DNA of 63,843 nucleotides, counting the filler, from Collodictyon triciliatum (lineage: Eukaryota), in assembly GCA_043381765.1 (NCBI GenBank). It is 14 parts of 14 records of this genome, joined end to end, with 100 filler letters (N's around TTAATTAATTAA, not from the genome) between each part and the next. Parts side by side here need not be neighbours in the genome. Positions count along the whole stretch, not along the records: positions 26,000 to 30,228 come from JBHJMP010006355.1; positions 30,329 to 34,554 come from JBHJMP010006356.1; positions 34,655 to 38,881 come from JBHJMP010006357.1; positions 38,982 to 43,207 come from JBHJMP010006358.1; 10 more parts are not named here. One strand, given 5' to 3'. Position 1 is the first letter of the stretch. Each line of letters begins with the position of its first letter. The notes under the pieces are model-generated. The model was not told the origin of the DNA and did not search any database. It saw nothing but the letters and a program-made list of their open reading frames with translations. A program made the position numbers and the translations under genes. Of this stretch, positions 27,262-40,046 are shown piece by piece.

Positions 27262-28124
27262 ATGAGCCGCGCTTCACTTGGACTCACGCCAGAGCGATCG
27301 AAGAAGGAGGTGTGTAATTTTTTTCCCTTTTTTTTTCTTTGTTTCTTGTATTATATTTACCTCTTTTAAAAGGTTTCATGGCTTTGTAAAAAGAGTGGTT
27401 GAATGAATGTCAATCCAGTTTATCTGTATCTTGATTATTTTTTACCAGAAAAAAAATAGAAATTGTTAAAAAAGAGAAGTCTAAAAAAAAATATTACCAA
27501 AGATTCAGACTTGAGAAAAAGAATTAAAAGCACAATGGAAAAGCAAAAGGAAATGAACTAAATGAAAGAAATTAAAATACAAGAAAACAGCATTAAAAAG
27601 CAGGAAAAAAATTGGAAAGATGCACAACAGAGGAAAAATTAATTTTTTAAAAAAGAGCAAAATATTAAAAACGAAAGAAAAAAGGAAGAAAAATCAAGAT
27701 TTTTTTTCGACTTAACAACTCTCACCTACTTTGCAGACACCAATGCAAAACTTGGGGCAAGGAAAATATCAAAGAATTCAGCAGGCTATCGATGAAGAGA
27801 ACGATAACTTTATAGACTCCCAGATGAACCGTCAGGAGGTATGGTGGGACCAGAATCCATTCTGGAGTAATCATCAGACACTCCCCCTTATTTTTTACTT
27901 TTCAAACAAATATTGATGAAAGACTGATATTCACTACGAACATTAAAAGAAAGACTGATATTCACTACGAACATTAAAAAAAAACAATGATATAAATACG
28001 TACATTTCAATAATATGAAAAAAAAAGACTTACAAGCAACAATGCTATCTATTTTACTGTGGTTCCTTCTCCTCTTTTCCTTTCATAGTTTCCTTGTATA
28101 ACTTTCTCAGCAGAACTCGGCGAT

Positions 28125-28189
<65 letters not shown>

Positions 28190-28218
28190 CTCTCTCTCTT
28201 TCTTTCTTTTTTTTTTCT

Positions 28219-28311
<93 letters not shown>

Positions 28312-28744
28312 TCTCTCCGTAATCGGTTTGTTGAATTTTTTAATAGCAAATAATGAAGCAACAAGACCTTGCACTTGATGAGCTTGGAAGGGTTGTGGGA
28401 AGAATAAGTGACATGAGCCTGGCCATCAATAAGGAGCTCAAAGATCAAAATGAATTGATTGACCAGGTGGAGCAAGGCGTGGATCATACGGAAGGGAATC
28501 TAGCCGTAGGACTCGAGCGCGTAAACAAGTTCCTCAAGGAGTCGGGTATGTCGATGCATATTTCGAATCATCATGTTATTCTTTGTACTCTGTATATCCT
28601 TTGTTAAATAAAAAAAAAGAAGAGGAAAATGCCATACTATTTTGATGACAATTTTTTTCTTTTCATACAGACAAAGGCTCACTGTGGATTATATGCGTCC
28701 TCTTTGTTATATTAGTAATACTGATTGTTCTTGTCCTGTTATAA
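27262..28744 (+). CDS. Qc-SNARE (syntaxin-6/SYP61-like) with C-terminal TM anchor
   Basis: Four exons: ...ENDNFIDSQMNRQE|QIMKQQDLALDELGRVVGRISDMSLAINKELKDQNELIDQVEQGVDHTEGNL...|KGSLWIICVLFVILVILIVLVLL*. Start codon uncertain. Confidence 0.88.
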
Positions 28745-29187
28745 TTATCATTGCACAATCACCTATCCATCATCCAAACTCTGACCCACAACATCTACTC
28801 TAATGGGCTGACAATATCACATTTTTTTCTTCAAATCGGAAATAAAATATTCCAAGTCGACCAATTTTCAACTAAAAGTACCTTTGTGATCTCATTCATA
28901 CAAGAATTTACTTGAAATGCGCCTATTTACAAACTAAAGCAGTTAATTTATCCTTCCTGGAATGCCGAAAGTCAACAGAACAATCTAGTATTTTTTTTAA
29001 AAAAAGTGCTTTGATGTGTTTCATAATAAACTTAACCAAAGTTAAAGCTTTTTTTTGGAAATAAAAACCAAATTATTTTCATTCAGATAATAAAATTATG
29101 TGTTCTTTTCTTTTGTAAGCAGCTAACCCCATTTTATTTGAACGGTATAATGCAGGAAAATATGAAAGAACAAAAAAGGCAAAATAT

Positions 29188-29224
<37 letters not shown>

Positions 29225-29358
29225 AAAAAAAAATAAAAAAAAAAAAAAAAGAAAAAAGAAAGTAAAGGTGGAGTTTAGGTTAAACTAGAAGTGAAGACAC
29301 ATCCCCTTCTTTTCACCAGGGTCGCACTCTTTCATTTTTCCACCAAGCTATATGCCAA

Positions 29359-29923
29359 CTAGAATCGCGGGGAATGTAAATCCTGAATCTGAAGCTCTTG
29401 TGTGTGGAGGACCGAAGAGACTTTTGCAACGGAAAGCAGAGGGTTTCTCACGTCGTTCTGAAAAGCCGATGATGCGCTATTGTTTTCTGAATCTGCGCTC
29501 TGCTCAGTTTGGAGAGTTTCTGCCTGGTTCGATGGTTTTGGTGCGTTGGAGTCTGTGGTTTGCGTTTGATTCTGTGGAGATGGTTTGGGAGTCGCTCTGT
29601 GATGTTCTGATGCGGCTGCAGCCTGAATACAATTGAGTCGGGGGTTTTTACTGCCTTTATTATATAGACGCATACACAATACAACGGAAGACTTGTTGGC
29701 GCGCAACACTATCACATGTACTGAAATCAATTACAAGAAACAATATGTAGATGAAAACCCAATCCATCTGGTATATTCTCCATTATCCTATTCTGAATAC
29801 CTTGACGTGTCTTGGGTCAGAATCCAGAACGCTTATCAGGCGATTATTCATTTGTTCCTGGATGTTGGGCAGAGGAAGGTCGTTCAAGTCAAATCCAAAG
29901 GGTTGTTCCAGTTGTACAGCAAC
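29359..29923 (-). CDS. Bestrophin-family (UPF0187/VCCN-like) anion channel, C-terminal part
   Basis: Exon starting at 29923 reads VAVQLEQPFGFDLNDLPLPNI (bestrophin E.PFG.D.NDLPL motif). Splices in frame to a low-complexity last exon ending at 29359. Confidence 0.8.
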
Positions 29924-30152
29924 CTTTAACACATTAAAACATTTTTTTATTTGGGTCTTTTTAGATGAATTATTATTGTTTTCGAAAAAAAACAACCCTC
30001 GAATGGATATCGACAAAATTACAAAAAAAAATTACAAAAAAAAAATTACAAAACAAAATTACAAAACAAAATTACAAAACAAAATTACAAAACAAAATTA
30101 CAAAACAAAAAAAACTAAAGAAAAAAAGAAAAAAAGAAAAAAAGAAAAAAAG

Positions 30153-30200
<48 letters not shown>

Positions 30201-30770
30201 AAAAAGAAAAAAAGAAAAAAAGAAAAAANNNNNNNNNNNNNNNNNNNNNNNNNNNNNNNNNNNNNNNNNNNNTTAATTAATTAANNNNNNNNNNNNNNNN
30301 NNNNNNNNNNNNNNNNNNNNNNNNNNNNAAAGAAAAGAAAAGAAAAGAAAAGAAAAGAAAAGAAAAGAAAAGAAAAGAAAAGAAAAGAAAAGAAAAGAAA
30401 AGAAAAGAAAAGAAAAGAAAAGAAAAACCAAAACTGAATCGGTAATCGCATGAAGCTTCCCCTTTTCCCTTTTCCCTTTTCCCTTTTCCCTTTTCCCTTT
30501 TCCCTTTTCCCTTTTCCCTTTTCCCTTTTCCCTTTATCCTTTTCCCTTTTCCCTTTTCCCTTTTCCCTTTATCCTTTTCCCTTTTCCCTTTTCCCTTTTC
30601 CCCTATCTTATTCCTTTTTCACTCCGTTTCTTTCCCTCAAAGAAGTCTTCATACATATATCAAATCCTGCCATTTCCCCACCTGTGTTCCTCTATAGATT
30701 TCAAATATCAAGCACACTGTTGTTCCATTTCTAAAACAGGCTCCTTTGCAGTTCGGTCGCTCATTGCAAA

Positions 30771-33700
30771 ATGCAGCACACTTTTCAAACAAACCCTAAG
30801 CAGATACCCGGGAGGGTTGTGTCAACTGCAAATCCTTCAAAGCCACCTGTTTTTGGTTCAATGCCTATGCCCACTACATTCAATCAAGCGTCGACATCTC
30901 CATTCCCTGTTCACAAAGTGGCAGAACCGATCACACGCCAGCAAAATCACACCTCCACAGCACAACCACTCCCATACACTAACTGGATGAACCCTGCAGA
31001 GCAATTTACTGCAAACTTCAATGAGCAACGTTTTCAGTAAGAAGCAATAAATGCATAGAACTTAACAAGCATCCTAATACTTTTTCTTTTTACAAAATAA
31101 AATACCTTTGCTCTCTGTAAATGTAGATTCATAAACTTAATGCTTTTCTCATCTAGTTTAGTGGGCTCAACATATATACTCTTATCTTTCTAATGCTATT
31201 TTTACATCATGAAGCTAGTATGTGTTTGCTCTTTACTTTTTTCGTTTATTCCATTCTGTGTACTAATATCCATACCTTATTTATGATTCTCAACATATAA
31301 AATATCATTTAGAGGAAATCCTACATCTCCAACGCCCCAGGTGATTCCAAATCGAACAGTTCAAACACAACCAAAAACACCAGCACACCACGCATCAGAG
31401 GTGCAAAATCAAGATGAGATTTACCCTCAGCCACAAGTACAACATAAACCAAGGTCACAATCGCAAGGACAGACCCAAGTCATATACACACAACCTGTTC
31501 CACCTACAATAAAACCCGATACATTCTTATCTCAGGGCAGTGGATTTGACTCAAATGGATTTCCTGTCCTGAGGCATCGAAAGGATTCAAACCCCCGCGA
31601 TGAAAAAGTCGGGCTCATTACTCCTGAATCATCAAGAGACAATCATGAATCTAATTATGTCAGCCAACTCCAGGTATATAATTTTAAATCATATCCTATT
31701 AATTAAACGATACCTCAAAATTCGAACCATTTATGAAAACAATACAAAAACAAAAAAAAGCAAACAAAAAATTCTTGCTTATTTAATTTACGTCCAGCGA
31801 ACAATTTCAGTGATTCAAGACTTCCCAGAGGATGCTTTGTATCCCCCAAACGGGAAAATAATAAAGAACTATAAGCTCATTAAGACCCTTGGGACTGGTG
31901 GATTCGCTCTTGTTAAAAAGGCCATCGATATCGAAACAAAAAAATATGTTGCCATCAAGATATTTTCAAAAAAAGGAGAAGCGTTCAACTCCCGATTAAT
32001 CTCGTATATTCTCATTCTTCACATCTAATTTACTTTCATACTTTTCATAAAACTATGTTTTTTTGGGCTCAAAATATGAAAATATATCGATATTTTCCTC
32101 ATAGGAATGAAGTTATGGTCATGAAGAAAATATCTCATCCAAACATTATTTCTTTCATCTGCGCATTGGAGGATACAAATTATATATACATCGTCATGGA
32201 GTATGCAGACGGGGGCGACCTTTTGCGCCTCGCTATGAAAATGGGGCGTGTTCCAGACGATATGTCCAGACAAATATTTTCTCAACTGGTATCAGGTAAA
32301 TCAAATGTCATCGGCATGTATTAACAAACAAACAAACAAACAAACAAACAAACAAACAAACAAACAAACAAACAAACAAACAAACAAACAAACAAACAAA
32401 CAAACAAACAAACAAACAAACAAACCTCCACAAGGAAATCATATACATAAATGTAATGTGAGTAAAACTCAACAGATGCTCTGTCCTAGAAATCATAAGA
32501 AAATTATCCTATCATAAAATAAAAATCATTCCTTGGTCTCCAAGAGTCCCTAACTTAGGCTTTCATCCATCCCTTACAAATACAATAGCACTTTCTTACC
32601 TCAAGAAGCTTAAAATCACTCATCGGGATTTGAAGCTGGAGAATATTCTCTTGTCTAGTACGCCACACTTAACCGTGAAGTTAAGTGATTTTGGAATGGT
32701 AGGGATTAGTGACCCAAGCATAATGCTTAGGACTATATGCGGGACACCTGTATATAATCCGCCGGAAGTATTGGACCAAAAACCATATCTCGGACCACCA
32801 GTAGATATTTGGTCATTGGGTGTTATATTATACTCTATGTTATGCGGCAACTTCCCTTTTGACGACTTAGAAAATATTCAGCTTCTGTATAGAAAAATTA
32901 AACAGGGAATATATCCTGCTCCAACGTGTGACCGCCTCGCAAAAGACCTGATTTCAAAAATGTTAGTGGTTAATCCATCTAGTAGATTGACCGTTGAACA
33001 AGTGGAGGTACATCCTTGGATGCAAGTCGGAGAAAAGACTTCAATCACAAGAGAAGTTGTCTTGCAAAAGATTAGAGATTCATACAATTCTCCATTTTAT
33101 CAGAAGCCATCTCTTTACAAGCCCATTCCAACTCCTTTACTTAACAAACGTCCAAAAGACGCATCTTTACGCAAGGAGGCACAAACACAGCCCAAGTCAA
33201 ATAGAATAGGAAACAAATCTGGGATGGATAAAGGAAAAAATACCACTCCCCTCCCACCTGAGGCCAAAAGAGTCGGAGATAGTACCCAAACCCCTTCAGC
33301 AGATTTAGTACCCACCAGAACTGATGAATTCCTATCTCCTTCGCCAATACCCAAAGCCTCACAATCAACAGCTATCTTATTAGTAAGTCAGTCCGTTACT
33401 TCTCCCAGGTTTATTCCCCAGCAAGGTCCATATCAGGAACAGCAATTATATCAGGGACAAAACCGAAAATTGCAAGACGAAGTAGCAGAACAAATACAAG
33501 ATAATCAAGAGTTCAAAATAATTCAACCGCAAACGCAAATTCAAACACAAACACAAACACAAACGCAAACGCAAGCACAAACGCAAGCACAAACGCAAGC
33601 ACAAGCACAAGCACAAGCACAAGCACAAACGCAAGCACAAACGCGAGCACAAACGCAAGCACAAGCACAAGCACAAGCACAAGCACAAGCACAAGCACAA

Positions 33701-34554
33701 GCACAAGCACAAGCACAAGCACAAGCACAAGCACAAGCACAAGCAAAAAACCATATTCCTAACGTCGCAGCCAATCCATTAGACGGAGTCATTGCACATG
33801 ATAGCAATCGATATTGGGTATGGTCTTCGCAACAAGTCAGTTTTGAAGAGGATGAGATTTTCTCTGAAAGCAGCGAAGAAGAAAGGGAATCGGAAGCACA
33901 CAACCAAGATCCTCAAGTCGATGCAGTTCCATTTTGCTCGGACGATTCAGACCAAATAATAACTATCCAGGAAACGAGAATCATCACATCAGAATCTATA
34001 ATCACAGATGCTCCTACTCATGTTCCTTTGGTTAGCCCGCCCCTTCGCGTAATCGACCACACAACACCAAAATTTGAATGGAAGCTCCTTAAGCCTGTGG
34101 ATGATGTATTCTATTCATCTTTTCGAATTATAGTGTAAGCACACTGGTTTTAGTTTAAAATAAATAAATAAAATTTCTTTTTTCTTCTCATTAGCTTCCA
34201 GGGAGAGACAAAACTTCTCGATCAAACTCAAGCGAAGGAACGTCCACCGTGTCAAATAGTTCATCTGCAGATATTTCGCCCTCGACCACGCGCACAGGAA
34301 GAACGATAAGCAATGATTATTTACCACAAAATTTCTTTCGGGAAGGGTCTCACTCTAGTCCAAGTTCGATACATATATCTAGTGGAACTACTTCACTCAT
34401 TTATGTATGCTTTATTCCAATATTTTTTTTATGCATTTATGTCGACAAAAAATGATTTACATATATTGACATGTGTTTTCCAAAACTAATTACTGTTATT
34501 ATAATATCCCATAACATATAAATCTAGGAATCAAATCTTGGGAAAGAGTTTGGC
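30771..34554 (+). CDS. SNF1/AMPK/MARK-related (CAMKL) Ser/Thr kinase with (AQ)n tract, 3' truncated
   Basis: [66 protein letters not shown]. Introns splice in phase. Confidence 0.93.
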
Positions 34555-37500
34555 NNNNNNNNNNNNNNNNNNNNNNNNNNNNNNNNNNNNNNNNNNNNTT
34601 AATTAATTAANNNNNNNNNNNNNNNNNNNNNNNNNNNNNNNNNNNNNNNNNNNNCGCCGACCCTCAAACACTGGGCCCACTCCCCCAACACCCACGCAGC
34701 CCACCCAGACGGCGATCCTTTCCACCGCAACCAACGCCATCTCGCTCACACACTGGCACACTCGCTCGCCGCAACATTCTCCCCAACAAAACACATTCTC
34801 TATATACTGTCCGCTTATAGATAAAACTGCACCACAACAAAAAAATTATTTTATCCATCTTGGGAATATGGAGCATTCGTCCTGTTCGGTCTATTTCCGT
34901 GAATAGCGGCATCGTAGCGCTCCTGCTATCTTCACACCATGGCAATCAAAACACACACAGATGCATCACGTTGCCCAGTCGATGCAGAGTCAGCTCGCAG
35001 ATACATATCCTTCCAGCTTGTCTCATGGAACTAGTAAATTGGCATGCTATAGTGAATGTGCTTTTCTTCCCGTTTGATAGCGGTGACTTGCAAAAAAGAA
35101 AAAACGTCAATGATAAACTAACTGTTAAAATGGTTTCCCCTATATTCAATTCAAAATGCATCTTGCTGTTGTAATGCTAATGTCCTCGCTTGGATTGTGA
35201 TTTCTTTTGCAATATGTCTTTATTTCATATGGATTATAGAGCATTTAGTTTATGGTTTGCATCAAATAATCTAACTGCATCGCACGATGAATTTTAAAAA
35301 AAATACAAAGATATAATCCATATCGAAATATATATAAATGTTTTATTAAATCGTACATTTCGCACATATCGATTTATTTATGTTTCACATGCCTAATCGC
35401 TACATCTTATCATAAAACCTCATTGATGATATCACTATTGCGACGATATCGAGTCTTGGAAGTATTGTTTTCTATTACAAAGTCCTCAAGAATACAACTC
35501 AATTGCATAATGATAGAAATTCTACCTCCAATATTAATACAAATAGATAGTCTGCACAAAATTGAAAGGAAGAAAAAATACAAATAGATAATAGAATACA
35601 CCATTCATATCAGCCGTAAAGAAAAGAATACGACATGAAAATAAAGAATCACTGGCGACAAATCATATTAACGATGAATGATAGAATCACACTATCTTCG
35701 CATCGCGACTATTTTCTCAATATCAATACCGCTTGACAGATTGTAACATGATGAATATTTCTAAATATAGAATGATGTTATCCATGCCATTCAGAATCGA
35801 TTCATACAAAGCCTTACTTAAAGCTTCAAGTGACCATCAATAAGTGTTTTTATTCTATCATACTATATTACAGGGTATATGTAACATCCATCAGATAAGG
35901 CTTCCAAATAACTATTAACTATTACACAATATTAGAGATGAAAAATTAAATGAGAAATCGATATCATATAACTATGTACAGCGCATCGTTTCATAAGGTA
36001 CACAGTAATGACACTGTAAGATATTCGGTACATATGAGCTTATCCAAGAATTATGTCGGCGTCAATTTGAGCTGTTGTTCGAAGCTTCTTTATGAGCAAT
36101 TTGTTTATTTGTTGGTAGGGTCATTAATATAAAGTAAATGTGAGTGGACCACATGTTTACTTATAAAACAGTTTAATATATATCAAATGTGAATGGAATA
36201 ATCGATGGTTCAAATTTTATCAGATGTGAATCATATGGTATAGAATTCAACATTAGATTCCATTAATATACAATCATGTCTTTGAATGTTGAAAAATGAT
36301 TTTTACAAGACAAGTAGCAAATGGACGATTACACTTTTAACGCATAATTGAATTTTCGGGTTTTATATGGTTTAAAATACAATCAAAAGAAAATGTTTCG
36401 TATGATTTGTCATTTGAATGCTTTAAATCAAAGGTATGAGAAATGAAAAAAAACGCTCTTATTATAAAAGTGAAAATTATAAGAAAAAGAGTTAAAATGA
36501 CTAATGAAATAATTAATATTAAATGAAACGTTCTGGATTAATAATATTTTAGTTACTCAAAATCTAATAAAAATGTGCATTAAATAAAAAGCAAGCGATT
36601 CACAAAAATAAAAATAAACCCGAGAGTACTTGAATAATGTCTCGAAATCTTCATCGACATATTTCAATGGCTTCGGTTTTGTATGAGTTTTGTACCAATT
36701 AAAAAAATCTTATTTTTTGAAATACAAATAAATGATATGTATATATTATAAAGTGATATTTAATGTAATTATATCTCTTGATTATAAATTGCATGCTTCA
36801 CTTCAATTAAAATATTACCAAATTAATCTTTTGTGCTGTCATTCTGTATGTGTGGAGTGATATTTGCTTGTTGGAGGCGTCAAAGGCGATGGATAGCATT
36901 TCAGGTGTATTTCAATTGAATTGATGAAAAAAAAGCCGAATTAAAGAAGCCAATATATTTTTATCGATTCATGATACATTTAAAGTTTCATCAAAAATCA
37001 AATTTATGATTTAAGAATCGAAGTATTAATGAAGTGAGATTAACTTGAGTAAGACGTTAATTTTAATAATCGAGTAAATACATCAACTAATAACAAAAAA
37101 ATTATATAATTATTCGTTTCTCAAGTCTAAATTTATATAATCAATAAATTCTATAGTGTTCAGCTTTTTTTCTCTCCTACTTAAGGTAAGAATCGATTTT
37201 ATTATAAATTCAGATATTATTTTAAATAGGTCGGTTCATAAACGAGTGCTATGTATTTTTATCAATCCTTGAAATAATAAACCAAAGTGAATATATTATG
37301 ATAATTAATTACAAAATAAATTTTTTATTAAATTTCAAACATAAGAAAATATAACAAAACAGATTAATAGAAAAAAGTTAAAGTTCACCTTTTTAGCATA
37401 ATGCAATATTAATTAATAGCTTAACATTGCCTTCCCAAATTTATTATATTTTATTATAGATATAATATCGATTACAGAGAATAAATAAATGCAATATAAT

Positions 37501-38099
37501 GATCTAAATGAAAATAAACTTGTTTTACATTTACATTATAATTTTTAATTAATATTAACAAAAATGTTATTCCTAGTCTTCAACTACAAGTTGATATTTT
37601 GAATTTGTTTTATGCGATTAGTTTGCCTTTATGTTTATCAAAATCCTAGTAATTTATTTTTCAAATTGATAATTAAGATAATAATTAATCTTATTTTTAT
37701 ACAGTTTCAAATAATAAATTTTGTCAAAACGCTTATATTATTAATTCAATAAAATTTAAAAAAGACTTTATTAGATTGCATTTAATAACGAAATTTTATA
37801 ATCAACATATTTTGAATTCTATATGTAATTTTATTTATATCCAGTAAGGAATTGTTTTTATGTCATCGGATTCTTTTTTTATCATTCCTTTTAATTTTGT
37901 GCAGGATGGTGAAGATGTTGGCTTTGGGATATATGTCATCGAATTCGTAATTAAAATTACAATCTCCGTTTTTCAAATTTTCCTTTCCTTAAATAGTTCC
38001 GTTCAGTTTTTAATTATATTCCACATTACGCATATATATGTACTTTACGTATATTTTGATAAAAGTGTAAAATTATTTTTTTAATTCTATTTCATATCA

Positions 38100-38881
38100 T
38101 TTTTTATTTGATTTTGATTTTGATTTTATTTTTGATTTTGATTTTGATTTTGATTTTGATTTTGATTTTGATTTTGATTTTGATTCTGATTTTGATTTTG
38201 ATTTTGATTTTGATTTTGATTTTGATTTTGATTTTGATTTTTGTTTTGATTTTGATTTTGATTTTGATTTTGATTTTGATTTTGATTTTGATTTTGATTT
38301 TGATTTTGACTTTGATTTTGATTTTGATTTTGATTTTGATTTTGATTTTGATTTTGACTTTGACTTTGATTTTGATTTTGATTGTCATTTTAATTGTCAT
38401 TTTAATTGTCATTTTAATTGTCATTTTAATTGTCATTTTAATTGTCATTTTAATTGTCATCTTCATTTTTTCCTTTTTTTCGATTCAAAGTGAAGCGAGG
38501 TTATGCCATACAAAGGGGCGGGATGGGAGCGCATGGGAGAGAGCAAACGCGAGAGGGAACACAATACCGTGGAGAGGGTAGAACCGGAAAGAAATCAGTG
38601 ATAGTGAGTTGGTCAGGTGGGCTTCCTAAATGGTTGATTGGTTGCGTGTGTAGCGAGGGTTGGATATGCTGTGGGTGATATCGCACGACACATTCCCACA
38701 TCTCTCTTCGCTTGTGGTCAGAGTAGCGAAGAATGCGAGCGTGTTTCAGCAGACTGTTCAGGAAGCTGTATTGCACGAGGCTCTCAAGCCTGGATACATT
38801 GATTTCTCGTTCGGGTGAATCATTGGAGCGAGAGAATGCGCGCACACTCCATAAGGCCCACAGCATATGTCCCCTTGTGAC
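38100..38881 (-). mobile_element. 3' end of a non-LTR retrotransposon (ORF C-terminus, 3' hairpin, microsatellite tail), cut by contig end
   Basis: Intronless minus-strand frame open from the contig edge to 38501: HMLWALWSVR (like the W..W..R motif late in L1/Tx1 ORF2)...DQLTITDFFPV...*. Then CACTTTGAATCGAAAAAAAGGAAAAAATGAAG, (ATGACAATTAAA)n and (ATCAAA)n. Homologous to the TSD-flanked insertion at 57937-58144. Confidence 0.75.
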
Positions 38882-39398
38882 NNNNNNNNNNNNNNNNNNN
38901 NNNNNNNNNNNNNNNNNNNNNNNNNTTAATTAATTAANNNNNNNNNNNNNNNNNNNNNNNNNNNNNNNNNNNNNNNNNNNNTCTTTTGTTTTCTTTTGTT
39001 TTCTTTTGTTTTCTTTTGTTTTCTTTTGTTTTCTTTTGTTTTCTTTTGTTTTCTTTTGTTTTCTTTTGTTTTCTTTTGTTATTATCGTTGGTTAAGATAA
39101 AGGGGTAAATAGTCTCGTGACAAGGTGGAATAAAGGGGGGAAAAAGAGAGAAATAGATAGCTTTGAGAAGGAGCAAGGACGTGTGAAACAGAAGGCAAAC
39201 TGGTGAATCCATGCCGCGTGCGAAAAGGGTGGGTCTTGTCGCAGTTTGAAAGAAATGATCGGCCGCAGCAGCAGATGCCTGTCTTTGTTTGTTTGTTGTT
39301 TATTAGTCAGCGTCTTTGTTTGTTGGGAGGATTTGTTGAAGGAGTGGGTGTTTCGGAGTCGTGTTTGCATCAAACGGCCCCTTACTTTTCATCTGTGC

Positions 39399-39490
<92 letters not shown>

Positions 39491-40046
39491 CGTTTTTTTT
39501 TATTACTGTTGTTGATATTTTTGGATTCTGTCAGGTCGAGATTCATTTTGGAAAACATCGCAAGTGGTAGAGTTGAAGACATTAGCGAACTGGGAAAAGA
39601 GATTCAAGAAGAGGAAAGGATTCGCACAGAGTTCGGCAGGCGTTAGTAAGTACGGAAACGCAAACAAAGAAAAATATAGAAAGAATGAACGACAGGAAGA
39701 AAGGGAAGTGATATGTTTGTGATCGTGTTAAGGCGATTCTATCACAATCGCCCTCGCCCTTCGCATTGGTCTGGCATCTCACTACAAAGCTTGAAGAAGG
39801 AAGACGACTTTGTCTGCGTTATTGCGGGTTTGGGAAGTGGAGCATGGACTCTACGTCTAGAAGAAAAGAAAAAAAGGATGGAATGAAGTATTATGCACAT
39901 TAATACTATATTTAAAGCCATCTTGACTCTGCGGTAGAAATGTTGCACAAAGGAGTCTGCGTGCGTGACTGATTAGATTTAGAAGGGGTCTAACTGTGTT
40001 GTGTGGGGGATAAAAGGGAATAAAACTGTGGTATAATTATTTACTG

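Noticed and set aside
27919-27980. About 30-bp direct repeat (AAGACTGATATTCACTACGAACATTAAAA x2), and (AAGTAAATCC)n at 42526-42587
   Set aside because: Simple local tandem duplications with no spacer or insert.
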